The notes under the pieces were generated by a model that was not told where the DNA came from, ran no database searches, and was given only the letters and a program-made list of their open reading frames with translations. The position numbers were made by a program, and so were the translations under genes. DNA of 64,000 bases from Phoronis australis. Taxonomy: Eukaryota; Animalia; Phoronida. Numbering within the stretch: the stretch's first letter is position 1; each line of letters opens with the position of its first letter. The DNA is taken from assembly GCA_002633005.1 (NCBI GenBank), contig NMRA01000056.1, positions 9,165-73,164 of the forward strand, written 5' to 3'. Positions 12,940-24,880 of this stretch are shown piece by piece.

Positions 12940-13095
12940 CAGTGCTGTAGTGGAGCTTAAGCGCACGTAGGCGCAGCCAACCACCTTTTGGCATTTGAAC
13001 GAAGCGCCTACGCACCGTAAATTACGTTCAGTGCTCAAGGTGATGCGGTGGGCTTTGGGCGCCTACTTACCTCTTATTTTACCAGTACAGCACTG
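12940..13095. mobile_element. hAT-type MITE
   Basis: TIRs CAGTGCTGTAGTGG and CCAGTACAGCACTG, with 8 bp flanks AGCAATTA / AGCAATCA (a TSD with one mismatch). Confidence 0.8.
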
Positions 13096-13301
13096 AGCAA
13101 TCATCGAACAAAAGAGAGCTGGCCCTCCAACCATGAATGCCAAATTGGAGTTAATCAGTCGTGTAAGATATTGGCTACAGGGTAAACTTCCCAATTACGT
13201 AGTATAGGCCTACCTTTGTGTCATCGATTGGTATGCAGCTCCGTGAAGTCACGCGGCCTCACGCAAAACTACGTTTAACCTCTTTCACCGTCCTAAACTA
13301 C

Positions 13302-16300
13302 TAGTCCGTTGGCCAAATGCTGTTTATTTACTTAACCTGGATTTGTCGGATAAAGTTTTTAGTTGCTGTTTCATGTGGGCCTAGGCATAGTTAATCTTGA
13401 TTTAAAGGGGTGGCCGTTCGCAACTTTTGAGCATTTTTTAAAGTATGCAAATTAAGGTCGCAATTATACAAAATTCTATTTTTGCTTCTAATTTCCTTAC
13501 TAAGCACTGCAGCCAGATGGTTTTGACGTTTTTACCCATGTTTTCATGGTCAACGAATTTATTAGAGCAATTTTTTTGGTGAATACATTGTAAATTTGAA
13601 TAATTTATGCAAATTAAGGCCGTCATTATGCAAATTCTATTTTTGCTTATAATTTCCTTACCAAGCACTGCAGGCAGGTTATTCTGATGCTTTAACCCTT
13701 GTTTCCATGGTCAACGAATTTAACAGTAAAAGCTTTTGGGTGGATACATCGTCAATTTGCATACTTTATGCAAATCAAATCCACCATTTTTAAAAATTTT
13801 ACTTGTTCTAACAGCTATGGTACCAATCATCAGAGGTTTATAATCATGATATTTGCACCTATGTTTCTATGATCAATTAGTTTAATGAAGTCAGTTTGCA
13901 TGTTGTTGCATGATAATTTGCATAATTAATGCAAATTAAGGCCACCATTATTCAAAATTATATTTTGTTTAAAACGTCCTTACCAAGCACTTCAAACAGG
14001 TTACTTTAAAGTTTTCACCAATGCTTCCATGGTCAGTGAATTTAATGGACCCCGTTTGCTGCTGGATACGTCGTGAATTTGCATAATATATGCAAATTAA
14101 GGCCGCCATTATTCAAAATTCTACTTTTGCTTGTAGCTGAAGTACCAGCCACCCCAAGTAAACTATTTTAACGTCTTTACCCATGTTTCTGTGAAATCAG
14201 TTTGCAAGTTGTTGCATGATGAATTTTCATAATTTATACAAATGAAGGACACCAGTGTTCCAAATACTGTTTCTGCTCATAATTTCCTTACGGGTGTTAT
14301 GTACATTATTTTTGAATTTATCTCATGTTTTATGGTCATCATGAATTTGCATAACTGATAATTTACAGAAATTACAGCTGCCATATTCAAAATTCTACTT
14401 TTGCTTATAACTGCTGCATCAGACACTAGAGGTTAGTTATAAATATTTGCACCCATGTTTCAGTGGTCAATGAATTTAATGAAATTTGTTTGCAGGTTGT
14501 AGCATGATAAATTTGCAGAATCTCCTTTTTGATGATGAAGTAAGAAAATATTTTGAATAGTGTGTGTTCTGCAGATTGAGACCTTAAATTCCAAAAAAGA
14601 TATTGCCTATTGCCCTGCGCTCCTACAGACCATAGAAAAAACGCAGAATTATTTTAACGACTTGGGTGAATGCTGGAATGGTGCTCGGAGCAATCAGTTT
14701 ATTGGGACCACATTCGTGAGGTACGAATACAGTAGTGAGGGAATAGCAGGGAATTGTCCTCAAAGAAGAGACTCTTAAGGTTTGGGTACTAGTTGCCGTT
14801 TGTCCTACAAGACTGAAACAGAACTTGGAGAGATATAGAGAGCGGAAACATTATATCTTGTATTAAAACTTATCACACGGAAGAAAGTAAAGCACGTATT
14901 GATGCACATGCTCAGGATATTGCACGAATCTGTCAAAAGTAGATACCAGCATCGATCTACTGGATCCCAAGGTCCATCCCAAAGACGCAGTGGTGAACAT
15001 TAGCAGTGACAGGATTGTCACTCCAACAGTTAATGTACTTGAAACAATAAGCATTGGACAGGCAATGTTATCAGACTTCGAGAATGACTAGCAGTACGTT
15101 AGACAATCACTGATGAAGATCCTTGTAAAAGGACATTGGAGACATCCCACGAGGAAGCTACATTATTGTGTAACAGGACGTGAAATGTGTAAGTGAACTT
15201 AACAAATTTTAGGTTGTTTCGGATGACAAAAATGGTATTTGTCCTTCTTGTGCATTACTAAGACAAAGAACAGCTTCAAATACCACAACTATGAATCACC
15301 TATTAGTAAGCGTAGAACAGTCGTAGACATAAAGTTAATAGTGGAAACATGTAGCGATATTAAAAGGTTTCCTCCCTGCCCATGCGCAGTAAGGGTTTAA
15401 CACGGTGGCATGCTACTATACGGTATTGGAAAGGGATTCATCGTTAAAATATTGAAGGCTGGATATGACCTGTCTGCCATTTGCACTTTAAATGCACATT
15501 TTCTAATGTCTTGTGAAACAGGCAACTAAATGTATGTGTGCCTCTTATGGAATGAAGAGAATCAGGAAGATGTCAGGAATCAGACTACTGGTATTGGGAA
15601 GAGAAATGGTTAGAAATATATGTCCGCCCCCAAACTGTCACCGACAACGGTGGCATTCACAGAGAATGTGACTCGTAGGTTATTGCCCTCGGTTTATGCA
15701 ATTAAACAAATTGGTCATCTACTACATATACCCTGGGTATCAGACAAAACTAGAATTGGTAATGTTGTGTAATAAATTACAGATTATTTATATTTATGAT
15801 GTAATGACAGATTACATTAAATCCATCAGTAAAGATACCAAAATAATTTACATATTATAGTGCCACCCGTAAGACAGTTACGAGCAGAAACAGAATTTTT
15901 AATAATGGCCAAAAGACCTTTATTTGCATAAATCATGATAATTTATCACATGATCTACTTGCAAAAAGATTTCATTAACCTAATTAACCGTAGGAACATA
16001 TGTTCAATTATCATGAGAGTTAACCTGTGGTGCTTGGTACCGAAGCTATATGCACAAGTAAAATTTTGAATACTGAATGGCGCCCTTCATTAGTTATACA
16101 AATTTGCATTTGATTATGCAAATTTATCATGCAAAAACAGTGCAAAGCGATTTCATTAAACTAATTGACCTAAAGAATATAGGTGCAAATATCATGATAG
16201 TTCTTCTGTGGTGTCTGGTACAGTAGCTAGAATTTTGAATAATGGCGGCCTTGCATAAATTATGTAAATTGGAAATGTATTCACCAAAACACTTGCACTA

Positions 16301-16556
16301 TTAAATTCGTTGACCATGGAAACATGGGTAAAAACGTCAAAATTATCTGGCTGCAGTGCTTGGTAAGGAAATTATAAGCAAAAATAGAATTTTGCATAAT
16401 GGCGACCTAGTTTTAACATATTTTGCATATTTAAAAAATGCTCAAAGGTTGCGAACTGTCACCCCCCTAAATCATGGTTAATTATCCATAGGCTACATGA
16501 AACAGCAAAAAACTTTATCCGGCAAATTCAAGTTCAGCCCCCTGGCTCCCGGACTA
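13302..16556 (+). mobile_element. Decayed, internally deleted Academ-like DNA transposon with long TIRs
   Basis: Termini TAGTCC...GGACTA. Inverted arms of several hundred bp (13330-13620 vs 16250-16535) and ~161 bp subterminal repeats. Flanks CTAC/TTAC may be a 4 bp TSD. The interior carries transposase-like peptide remnants. Confidence 0.8.
14650..15680 (+). pseudogene. Transposase pseudogene fragments (Academ-like, including an XPG/PIN-like segment)
   Basis: Frameshifted and stop-interrupted peptides in order: WNGARSNQFIGTTFVRY, LLDPKVHPKDAVVNISSDRIVTPTVNV, TSHEEA, LPAHA..G.NTVACY/YGIGKG, PKLSPTTVAFTENVTR. They resemble Academ transposase motifs as recalled, not as searched. Confidence 0.7.
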
Positions 16557-16637
16557 TTACACGGTTAACGAACCAGAGGGTAGGGTGCGTGCCCTCGGGC
16601 ATTCATTTCCTGATAACAGAGGGCACTGCAAAAAAAC

Positions 16638-19600
16638 ATGGCGGCCCCCTGCGAAAATAATGAACATCCTTCAAAGAAAGCCAAAACCCAAACATTAGAG
16701 GCTATCAGATATTGCAACGGGGAGTTAGAAATACTTGATCAGTTACTCCTACCCTTGGAGTCCAAGTATATCAAGGTTTTAAATACAGAGGATGGCTGGC
16801 AAGTAATAAAGAAAATGCAAGTAAGTCTGAAAATTCTACTCATGTCACGGAACCATAGACAGTGACCACTGACACTGTCTTCTACTTCTAGCTGCCCCCA
16901 GTTGAGACGGTGAAGCAATTATAAGAGGTACATACACTGGAAGATTTTCGGCAAATTTTCCTCACACTGATTAAAAGATCATAGTCACTTTGTTATAAGT
17001 ACCTTTTTGCATAGAGGGATACCTTGGCTTAGGAGGCCGTCAGAGTCTTTAATTCCATCGAACTCCAAAAAGTACATTTGTCATCAAATTTTTTCTTCGA
17101 GTAGTACTTCGTGCCCAGTTGTCCAAATAGGCATTTTTAACACTGCGAATTTTGTTGGCGGATGCGATAAAAATAGGAGCGCGCGCAGTGTAAAAATGGC
17201 TTGTTGCCAGTTTGGGCGACAGAACGAAGGACTGCTTGAAGAAAAAGTTTGATTACGAGAGTATTTGTTTGAGTTGGAAGGAATTAAAGACATTCACGGC
17301 CATATAAGGTGTTCCTCTATGCGCAAAAGGTACTTATAGCAACGTGGCGAAGATGAGATGTTTTAATCATTGTGAGGCATAATTCGCCGAAAAGCTTCTG
17401 ACATATGAAGCTCCTATATGAGCTGCACCGTCTCTACTGGGGCCAGTTAGAGACGGTGGTCACTGTCTAGGGAACCAGACAGTACCACTGCTGGACTTGG
17501 AACTCTGCTTAATCTCAAGACTGTATGCATGAACTTGAAATATTCATTTGAGAAATCCTTTGAATTTTTTTGTTCAGTATTAAAGAATCATTGGCCTCAT
17601 GATCACCCATTTTCTCCTTTACCGTAACTTGTGTCAAAGAATCGGGATTTTGAGATTAAGCAAGATTCCAAGTTCTCGTACAGCACCACCGTATCAACTG
17701 GCTCCACTAAACGGTGGTCATCCTGTAGGCCCTCCATATGCCCGAAGCTTTTCGACAAATTGTGGCTCCTATTTACTTAAGTTATTAAACCATCAAAGTC
17801 ATGATGCTATAAGTACCTTTTACACATAGAAGGGCATCTTTTAGTAGGCTGTTGTTATCTTTAACTCTTCACAGCTTGAACAAATACTCCCGCAATCAAA
17901 CTTTTTTGGACAGTCCTTTGTTCACTATGAGTTGCCCTTATCGACAATTGGCCATTTTTATACTGCTCGCTCCAAGGGATATGACATCAAAATGAACACA
18001 AAATGTTTGGTTACTAGAGGCGCTGGCAATGAGGGGTAGAGATCAGAATGCACTCATGCATCTTTCCCCAGTCTGTGGCTGTGTTGGTAAAAGTGGTCTT
18101 TACCCGCTCTTATATGGGCAACGCACACCCTAAGAAGGCCAGTTACCTGGATTAAGCGATTGATGCTAAATGAAAAATTGCAGGCTGTCTGATACCTGAA
18201 TAGCATTGGGCATGCATAGACCACATAAGTCAGGCCAGTGACACAAAACACCCGAGTTAAAATTCACAAGAACCCTCTTGTGTCTTGTCCAGAGAGAAAT
18301 AGCAGAAGTCCATACTAGTACCCAAGTAGGCCAAATTCATCTGCTATGGATGCTAAGTATTTTAACCAAGTTACTGCCCACAGATAGTGTCCACAACCAC
18401 CACTTTTTCCACTTGTCTGGTATTTCCGCTTTTCTGGTCATTTCACTTAACCTTCTACCCAGAAGGATCAGTGATTCTCCAAAGCAAGTCTGGTCAGCTC
18501 ACGTTCATCTCTGACTAAGCATGGTAGGGTCCAGTGATTCCTCAGAACAAATGTCCACAGCAGCAGGATCCCCCTAAGGCATGACAACAAACTTCTAACA
18601 TGTTGTTCTTTATTGCTTAGAATACACGGATTGTGGGTTTTCCATTGCAAATTTTTGTTTATACCCAATCTCACCTCCCCTTTATGGCATCCTAGGTCTG
18701 CCACTGGCACACTGTGAAGACACCGATTACTTTTGTATTTCATTTTTCCAGGTTCGGGGTGCTCCTGCTATTGCAATTGTTGGTTGCCTCAGCCTAGCTG
18801 CTGATCTGCATCAGTCTAAATTCAACTCCAAGGAAGACCTGAATGCTTTTGTGAAACAAAAATTGGAATACCTGGTAACTGCCAGACCCACAGCTGTCAA
18901 TATGGCTGATGCTACGCGCAAACTGAGTGGAATGAGTGATGCGCTATGTGCTGACAGTGGCTACACTGTAAAACAGATGCAGGAGAAGTGAGGAGGCGTG
19001 CATTTGTTGTTCTTTAATTGTTTTTTGTTTAGCCTGGGTAACCACATTTGGGTCAGTTGACTGAGATTGATGCAGCTGTAGTAAAAAACTCCTTGACCTG
19101 TGGTCTAATCTTTGAAATTGAACTCAAAATTGTTTTTGACATTTTCTATTCTAGCTCAATACTTGTGTGCCAACTCAAGATAAGAGTCTGTTATTCTGTG
19201 CTTGAGTACATGATCATAGCTTGAGTGGACGTATCTGTCTAAGCATTGTTTGCACTTGATGACCCAAGAATTAAGGCTTAAAGTTTCTGTGCGAACTGGA
19301 AATTTTGAGTTTTTACTCAAATTCTTGAGTTTTAACTCGAGTTTGCCGCTTGTATCTGAAAGTGCGAACTTGGACTAGAAGCTCACATGACATGCATAAC
19401 GATAATGTGTTCGAACACAGACTTATAGAAACTTATCTTGAGTTTGCGCAAAGCTAGAATGAAAAATTCAAAAAATAATTTTGAGTTCAATTTCTTTTAA
19501 AATTATTAGACCGCTGGTGCTGGTCCATGGCTTTAGACCATATTGAGAATTTCTATAACTGTGCCATGGAAAAATCGAGGAAAATGAAAGCCATTGAAGC

Positions 19601-22600
19601 TCAAGGTGCTTTTCCTGGAAATGAAAATAATTCCCTAAAAGTGAACACCTGTATTCCTCTGAAAGGTCTCTCCTAAACACGAAAATCTCCCCAGAAGCAA
19701 ATTTATAGTCCGGTTTGGCTGCACATTTACTTTAGGTTATCGGTAAGATGAATTTAACCCAAAATTCAGATGTGGGCAACGCCATTTAAACTTGGCTTTT
19801 TGGATCCCTCTTTTAAAAGATGAATGCTAACCTTGCAAACCTTTGCTGCATTTTCACGTAGCCTGCTTACTGATTGTCAGTTGAAAAGAAAAATTTTTCT
19901 TGGTGACGAAAATCTGTCAGTTTGAATTACATTATTGTCTGGCAATTATATTTGAGTTTGAATGGCAAGACGCAAGGCTTTCCAAGCTTGGAATTCAATA
20001 TTCAAAAAGGTTAGTACTTGCTCAACAAGCTTATTCAAGGTTTTTGACTACTTTGACTTACTTTCTCATCTGTATTTTTTGAGGGGAAAATTGATAAAAG
20101 TAAATTCTGTCCATGATATGGTGGGCTGAATAGATGAAGACTTCCTGTAAACAAAGCAAGATAGAAACATTCCCATGGTGGTAGTGGTGATGATGGTGGT
20201 AGTGGTGATGATGGTGGTAGTGGTGATGATGGTGGTAGTGGTGATGATGGTGGTAGTGGTGATGATGGTGGTAGTGGTGATGATGGTGGTAGTGGTGATG
20301 ATGGTGGGGTGATGATGGTGGTAGTGGTGATGGCATTTGATGTTACCATTTTTCGTGCAGGATAATGAGTGTCATGGAAGCTATGCTAGTTGAAGATGTG
20401 GCAGCCAATAAAAATATTGGGCGACACGGCGGGTCGCACATCATTGAGCACTGCAAGGGGTCACCTGTGCGCATTCTAACTCACTGTAACACTGGCTCAC
20501 TGGCAACTGCTGGATATGGGACTGCTTTAGGTGAGAGTTCAGTCAAGGGTAAAGATATTTTTATCCGTTCGTCTTCAGATGGGCGGTATTATGATATAGC
20601 CTCCCGCATCCATCATCGCGATCGTAAAAGAGGGGGCAGTTTCGAGCAGGAGAAATTCTGTATGTAGTCAGACAAAAACAAACTTAAATATTAGTGGTGA
20701 AAATGCTGGTGCTTATGTTTTCAACTGTATCAAAGTAGAGTGCGGCTAGCTTATGCAATAAATCTTATGCATTATGGTAGACATTGTCTATCACACGCAG
20801 ATGTTCTACAGTTTTGTATGCATGCCACGGGGAAGTAACGCGTTTCTTCAAAATAGTGCAAAGCCTTTGAAAACGTCGTTCAACCGGATCGTGATTTCTT
20901 TTTTCAATTCAGCCTCTAGGCTTTGCATCTTCGATAAAATCTGTGTTCCCGGCTTTTGTTTAAATAAAATCTGAAACGTATGAGTTTGAGACTTCTATTC
21001 TGTACTTCAGGTCAATGTCCACACCATTTGTTTCAGGCATGGTGTTATTTATGCAAAATGGCTTTTGCGTCAAGATTGGATGATAATGTTGCAGTCAAGC
21101 GCAATGGTTTGCATTGCTCTCGTTAGTTTTTAAAGTTGCGTAATAATTGTCTTTTTACCATTTTGGTTTTGAGTTGTTGGAAAGACAAGATTTTATGAGT
21201 TTTTACAAAGTTCTGAGGTCATTGGTATTTGATTGCCAATGATTTCAAATTTCCTCGAGGACATGGATTTAACTTTTCCACGGTTATTGTTAAAGAATGC
21301 ATGGAGATGCGGCTTTGGCGATTTTTTGTACCGGGGTCAAAGATCACGATTCGTTTCAATGTATAACATGCAAATAATTTGATTCAATTTTAATTTCTTA
21401 GGACCGTCTTATTCCCCATTCCAGCGACTTGAAGACTGTTGTACCTTAGATTCAAATTTGAAGGCACCATAATCTACACTCAGTTACTGTGCTCAGTCAG
21501 TGCACTAGCAGATTTGTAACTTTGTTTATGCTTTCAATTAATATTGGTTGAATAATTACGTTTATTTGTTTAATTTATTTTATTTGGAGGAGTAGCGTGG
21601 TAGAGCGAGAGAATTTGAGTTTTATTGTGTATCAAGCACATTTAGCTTATTCTAGCCTGTGCACTTAGCCTTCAAGTAAATCAGATTTTGCCGTACTCAC
21701 ATAAAATCTCTTGGTTTGATAGCATCTGACTTTTGCGAGTTTTGTTGTAAATATGTCTTTCAAACAGTTTTTGTACACTTGATAAAAATTTGTTGTTGCA
21801 GAGTGGCAATCATATTTAGCAGATGCTTTTTGCAAAATAGACTATGAATGTTTACAAGGAATGAAACTTGAAACACTTTGGTATCACGTGTTGTTATTTC
21901 CAGGTGTTGTTCGGAATGTTCATGAGCTAGGAAAACTGGACCACATTTACTGCACAGAGACCAGGCCATACAACCAGGGTGCACGCTTGACGGCTTATGA
22001 GCTTGTCCACGACGGAATGCCTGCAACACTAGTCTGCGACAGCATGTGCTCTATGCTGATGAAGGATAAGGGTATATCGGCAGTTGTCGTTGGTGCTGAC
22101 CGTATTGTTGCTAATGGTGACACTGCCAACAAAATTGGAACATACCAGCTGGCAGTCGTCGCCAAATATCACGGTGTTCCGTTCTACGTGGCGGCCCCGA
22201 CTACGTCCATAGACATGACGAGGAAGTGTGGCTCCGCGATAGTCATAGAGGAGAGACCGCATCAGGAGATGACGTCCATCAAAGGCTTGCAAATTGCCGC
22301 ACCAGGTGTCGCTTCATTTTTGCTTTGATTTTCATGCGCCTGCATATACAATTATGTGATTGCATGTTGTCATCATCTTTATCTGACTTCCAGACCTGTA
22401 TCTGATATTGAAACTCTTACAAAGTGTTTGTTAAATTTGACTGGTGTGTTCCTGGGAATGTGACTACGGATAAGAACAAATTTCAGACAAATTTGGCTAC
22501 TGGTGTACCAAGTAATTGCAATTTTATAGTTTGGGATTTGTTTTTAAATTTTACCAAAAGCTTAATGCAAACTATATTATGTTGTATCAGGATGGTATTG

Positions 22601-23489
22601 TTGCCCACCAACTTTCAGATGACTCCGATGTGTTCTGCTGCCCCTAGAGACAGTTTTCATTGTAATGCATCAGCATTTTATTACCAACTGGAGAATGAGT
22701 TGCCTTCAATATTTCACGGATGTGTCAAGCCATCCTGGAAGTGGTATCAGAAATTTTCATTCCCGTGCCCAACTATTTTGAAGGGTGGGGTTCAGTTTTG
22801 AGATAAGTTGCCATTTCAGTTTCCCCCTTGTCTATTAGAATGTGTCATGTTCATTCAAGATGAAATATTTGTAAGATTTTGAACTGTTGTTTGGACCATC
22901 TGAATTTTATGTTTAGAGCTTTTGGACGTTTCGCTCTGACCTTTGAGGTAAATTTAATGAAATCCTCAATACCTGTTGATGACTTTTTGTGTTTTCTTTA
23001 TGAATATGAGTATTTCTGCTTATTGTATCCAAATAAGTCGAGAAAGCTGCTGTCGTCCGTTTTGTCTTAAACTTTTGTCTACAACATGAACGATATATGT
23101 TTGGGTCAACGCTTAGAGCATTTAAATTATGAATCTGACAAATCAGGTGACTGCTGTGGCAAAAACAATAGAACATTGGCATTTAAGTACTTGAAAATTC
23201 AGGGTTGTGCAATGGCTGAATGTTAGTGGTATACTGCATGATTTTATCCTCTTTGTCGTACTTATTTCAGAATTGAGGGCTCTGAGTACACATTTATGAT
23301 AAGTTTTGCATGGCAAGTCCGACAGTTATTCAACTTGAGCGTCATTCTCTTTCAGGGATTGGTTGCTGGAATCCTGCATTTGATGTCACACCAGCAGAAC
23401 TCATAACAGGGGGCATTGTGACCGAGTTTGGAGTTGTCTCCCCTTCACACCTTGAAAGCAAGATGATGGAATGGCTTGGAGCCAATTAA
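16638..23489 (+). CDS. MRI1: Methylthioribose-1-phosphate isomerase (methionine salvage)
   Basis: Exons 16638-16820, 18752-18987, 20361-20530, 21904-22305 and 23356-23489, all GT-AG with consistent phases. Hallmark motifs: [82 protein letters not shown]. Confidence 0.97.
16853..17472. mobile_element. Long-armed palindromic MITE in MRI1 intron 1
   Basis: TIRs CCATAGACAGTGACCAC and GTGGTCACTGTCTAGGG, with arms inverted over ~280 bp and a possible 2 bp AA TSD. Partial relatives at ~17690-17960, ~61430-61660, ~61940-62105 and ~40110-40145. Confidence 0.75.
19100..19512. mobile_element. Palindromic MITE-like element in MRI1 intron 2
   Basis: Left arm GGTCTAAT..GAAATTGAACTCAAAATT..ATTCTAGC..AACTCAAGATAAG is inverted against right arm CTTATCTTGAGTT..GCTAGAAT..AATTTTGAGTTCAATTTC..ATTAGACC. 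Confidence 0.6.
20175..20332. repeat. 18 bp tandem repeat (TGGTGGTAGTGGTGATGA)n
   Basis: About eight near-perfect copies ending ~28 bp before the MRI1 exon 3 acceptor. This is the source of the spurious poly-His and poly-Pro ORFs. Confidence 0.95.
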
Positions 23490-24814
23490 ACATTTTGTGC
23501 ACTAGTCAAGATTTTTGCTTAGAGTTGGCAGTTGTTAAAAGGATACTGATGATTTCAACCGATCCTTGTTCTAATACTCCATTGGCGTCTCACTTGAGAG
23601 CAGGATTCAACTAAAAACAAGGGATACTATAATTCTTGGTGGGTGGTCTTTTCATGCAGTTTTCATGTGAATGACTTGAAGTGTTGGCCTTTCTTACTTG
23701 TTTAGCAGACTTTGTAAGTTTTCCAATTTTCCTTTATGCTTTTGAGGGTTGTCAAGGGTTACAGTCAGAGCATTATTTCGTTATAGATAACTGGATGGGA
23801 AAGTCGTCACGGTTAACATCTGTCAACAGGCCAAAACCGGGGCTGGCACCCTTTTAACTTTTAGCGCTCATTGAAAGCCTGCTAAACGGTGTTTCAAGAC
23901 ACAGCAGTGCCAAATGATTATTGACGAGGCTGTAGCATTTCAAATAGTTAAAAAATCACGTTCAAAAAAAATTTTTCGATCATTCCTGAACCACAGATTA
24001 TTTCCTGAAAAAGGAACAAATCGGAAAGGTGTCCGAGACTCCAAATACATTGATGAGGAAAATTATTAATCAAAACAATTCTGGAAGGTCACTGTTACAT
24101 TTCTCCAGACATTGTGATGCCCGTAACTGATAGGGCGATGCCATTTTTATGGGAATCGTCATCAAGCTCAAGTAGAAACTAGATGGTGCCACCGTTGAGA
24201 GAAATATTAGTGAGTTTCCAGATTTTTTTTAAATTTATAATTTGCGCATCGATTGCTTCGCGCAGATGAGTGATAATTTCATCATGTTTAATTCTACTAA
24301 TAGACATGCTCTCAACTTTTTTGCGCGTTAAATAATGGCCATTGTGATAGTTTGATTAAAGGTCGAACCACCATGCTACCCACTAAGATTTTGATTCAGT
24401 CATGAGTTACATCAAAATCACAAAATTGGCACAAAGACCCAAGTTTCATTTCATTGAAATTTCATTTTTTGATAGAAATTCCTATTGATAGTTGTTCCAG
24501 AAGAGAAGGCAAATTTATGTACCTAATAATTATTTTTAACAACAATAAACAAATAAACATGCTTGAGTATTTGAATTTATTTTACTTTTCAAATCTACGA
24601 CATGGTGAGACAGGTTGCGGTCATCTTAACAATTACAATCAAGTCACATCAGTAACAAGACATCACATCAGTAATTCCCACTGCCACTGAATATCTTACA
24701 CACTCCTAACTTCATTAAAGTGGCTTTGAATCTGCATTCTTTTAAAGAATTAAGTTTAAATTCAGATCCACATCACGTGTGACCTACTAAACGTAAGTCT
24801 GAAAGGATTGCTGC

Positions 24815-24880
24815 CTTTGACCGGGACTCGAACCCAGGGCCTTCTGCTGAACACACAGCCACTGAGCCATCTGAACCACC
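24815..24880 (-). mobile_element. tRNA-derived SINE head remnant
   Basis: The reverse strand reads GATGGCTCAGTGG (A-box-like) ... GGGTTCGAGTCCC (B box). It is too deleted to be a tRNA gene. Confidence 0.5.

Noticed and set aside
13440-14520. Regularly spaced repeats as a CRISPR-like array
   Set aside because: The whole ~161 bp unit repeats, there are no unique spacers or cas genes, and the context is a eukaryotic TE arm.
20035-20349. Poly-His and PPSSPL ORFs (also 49602-49956)
   Set aside because: Translations of intronic simple repeats on the antisense strand.
20566-21360. Possible Helentron-like element in MRI1 intron 3 (TTTTATCCG...GGGCGGTATTATG start, GGGGTCAAAGATCAC)
   Set aside because: Suggestive motifs only; the second end could not be defined, so it is not called as a feature.
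22306-23355. MRI1 intron 4 donor GTGTCGCTT as U12-type
   Set aside because: Several mismatches to GTATCCTTT, and the acceptor has a normal pyrimidine tract without a U12 branch site.
24815-24880. tRNA genes here, at 39900-39965, at 47760-47828 and at ~62890-62957
   Set aside because: A/B-box remnants without a full cloverleaf; better explained as SINE or LTR heads.
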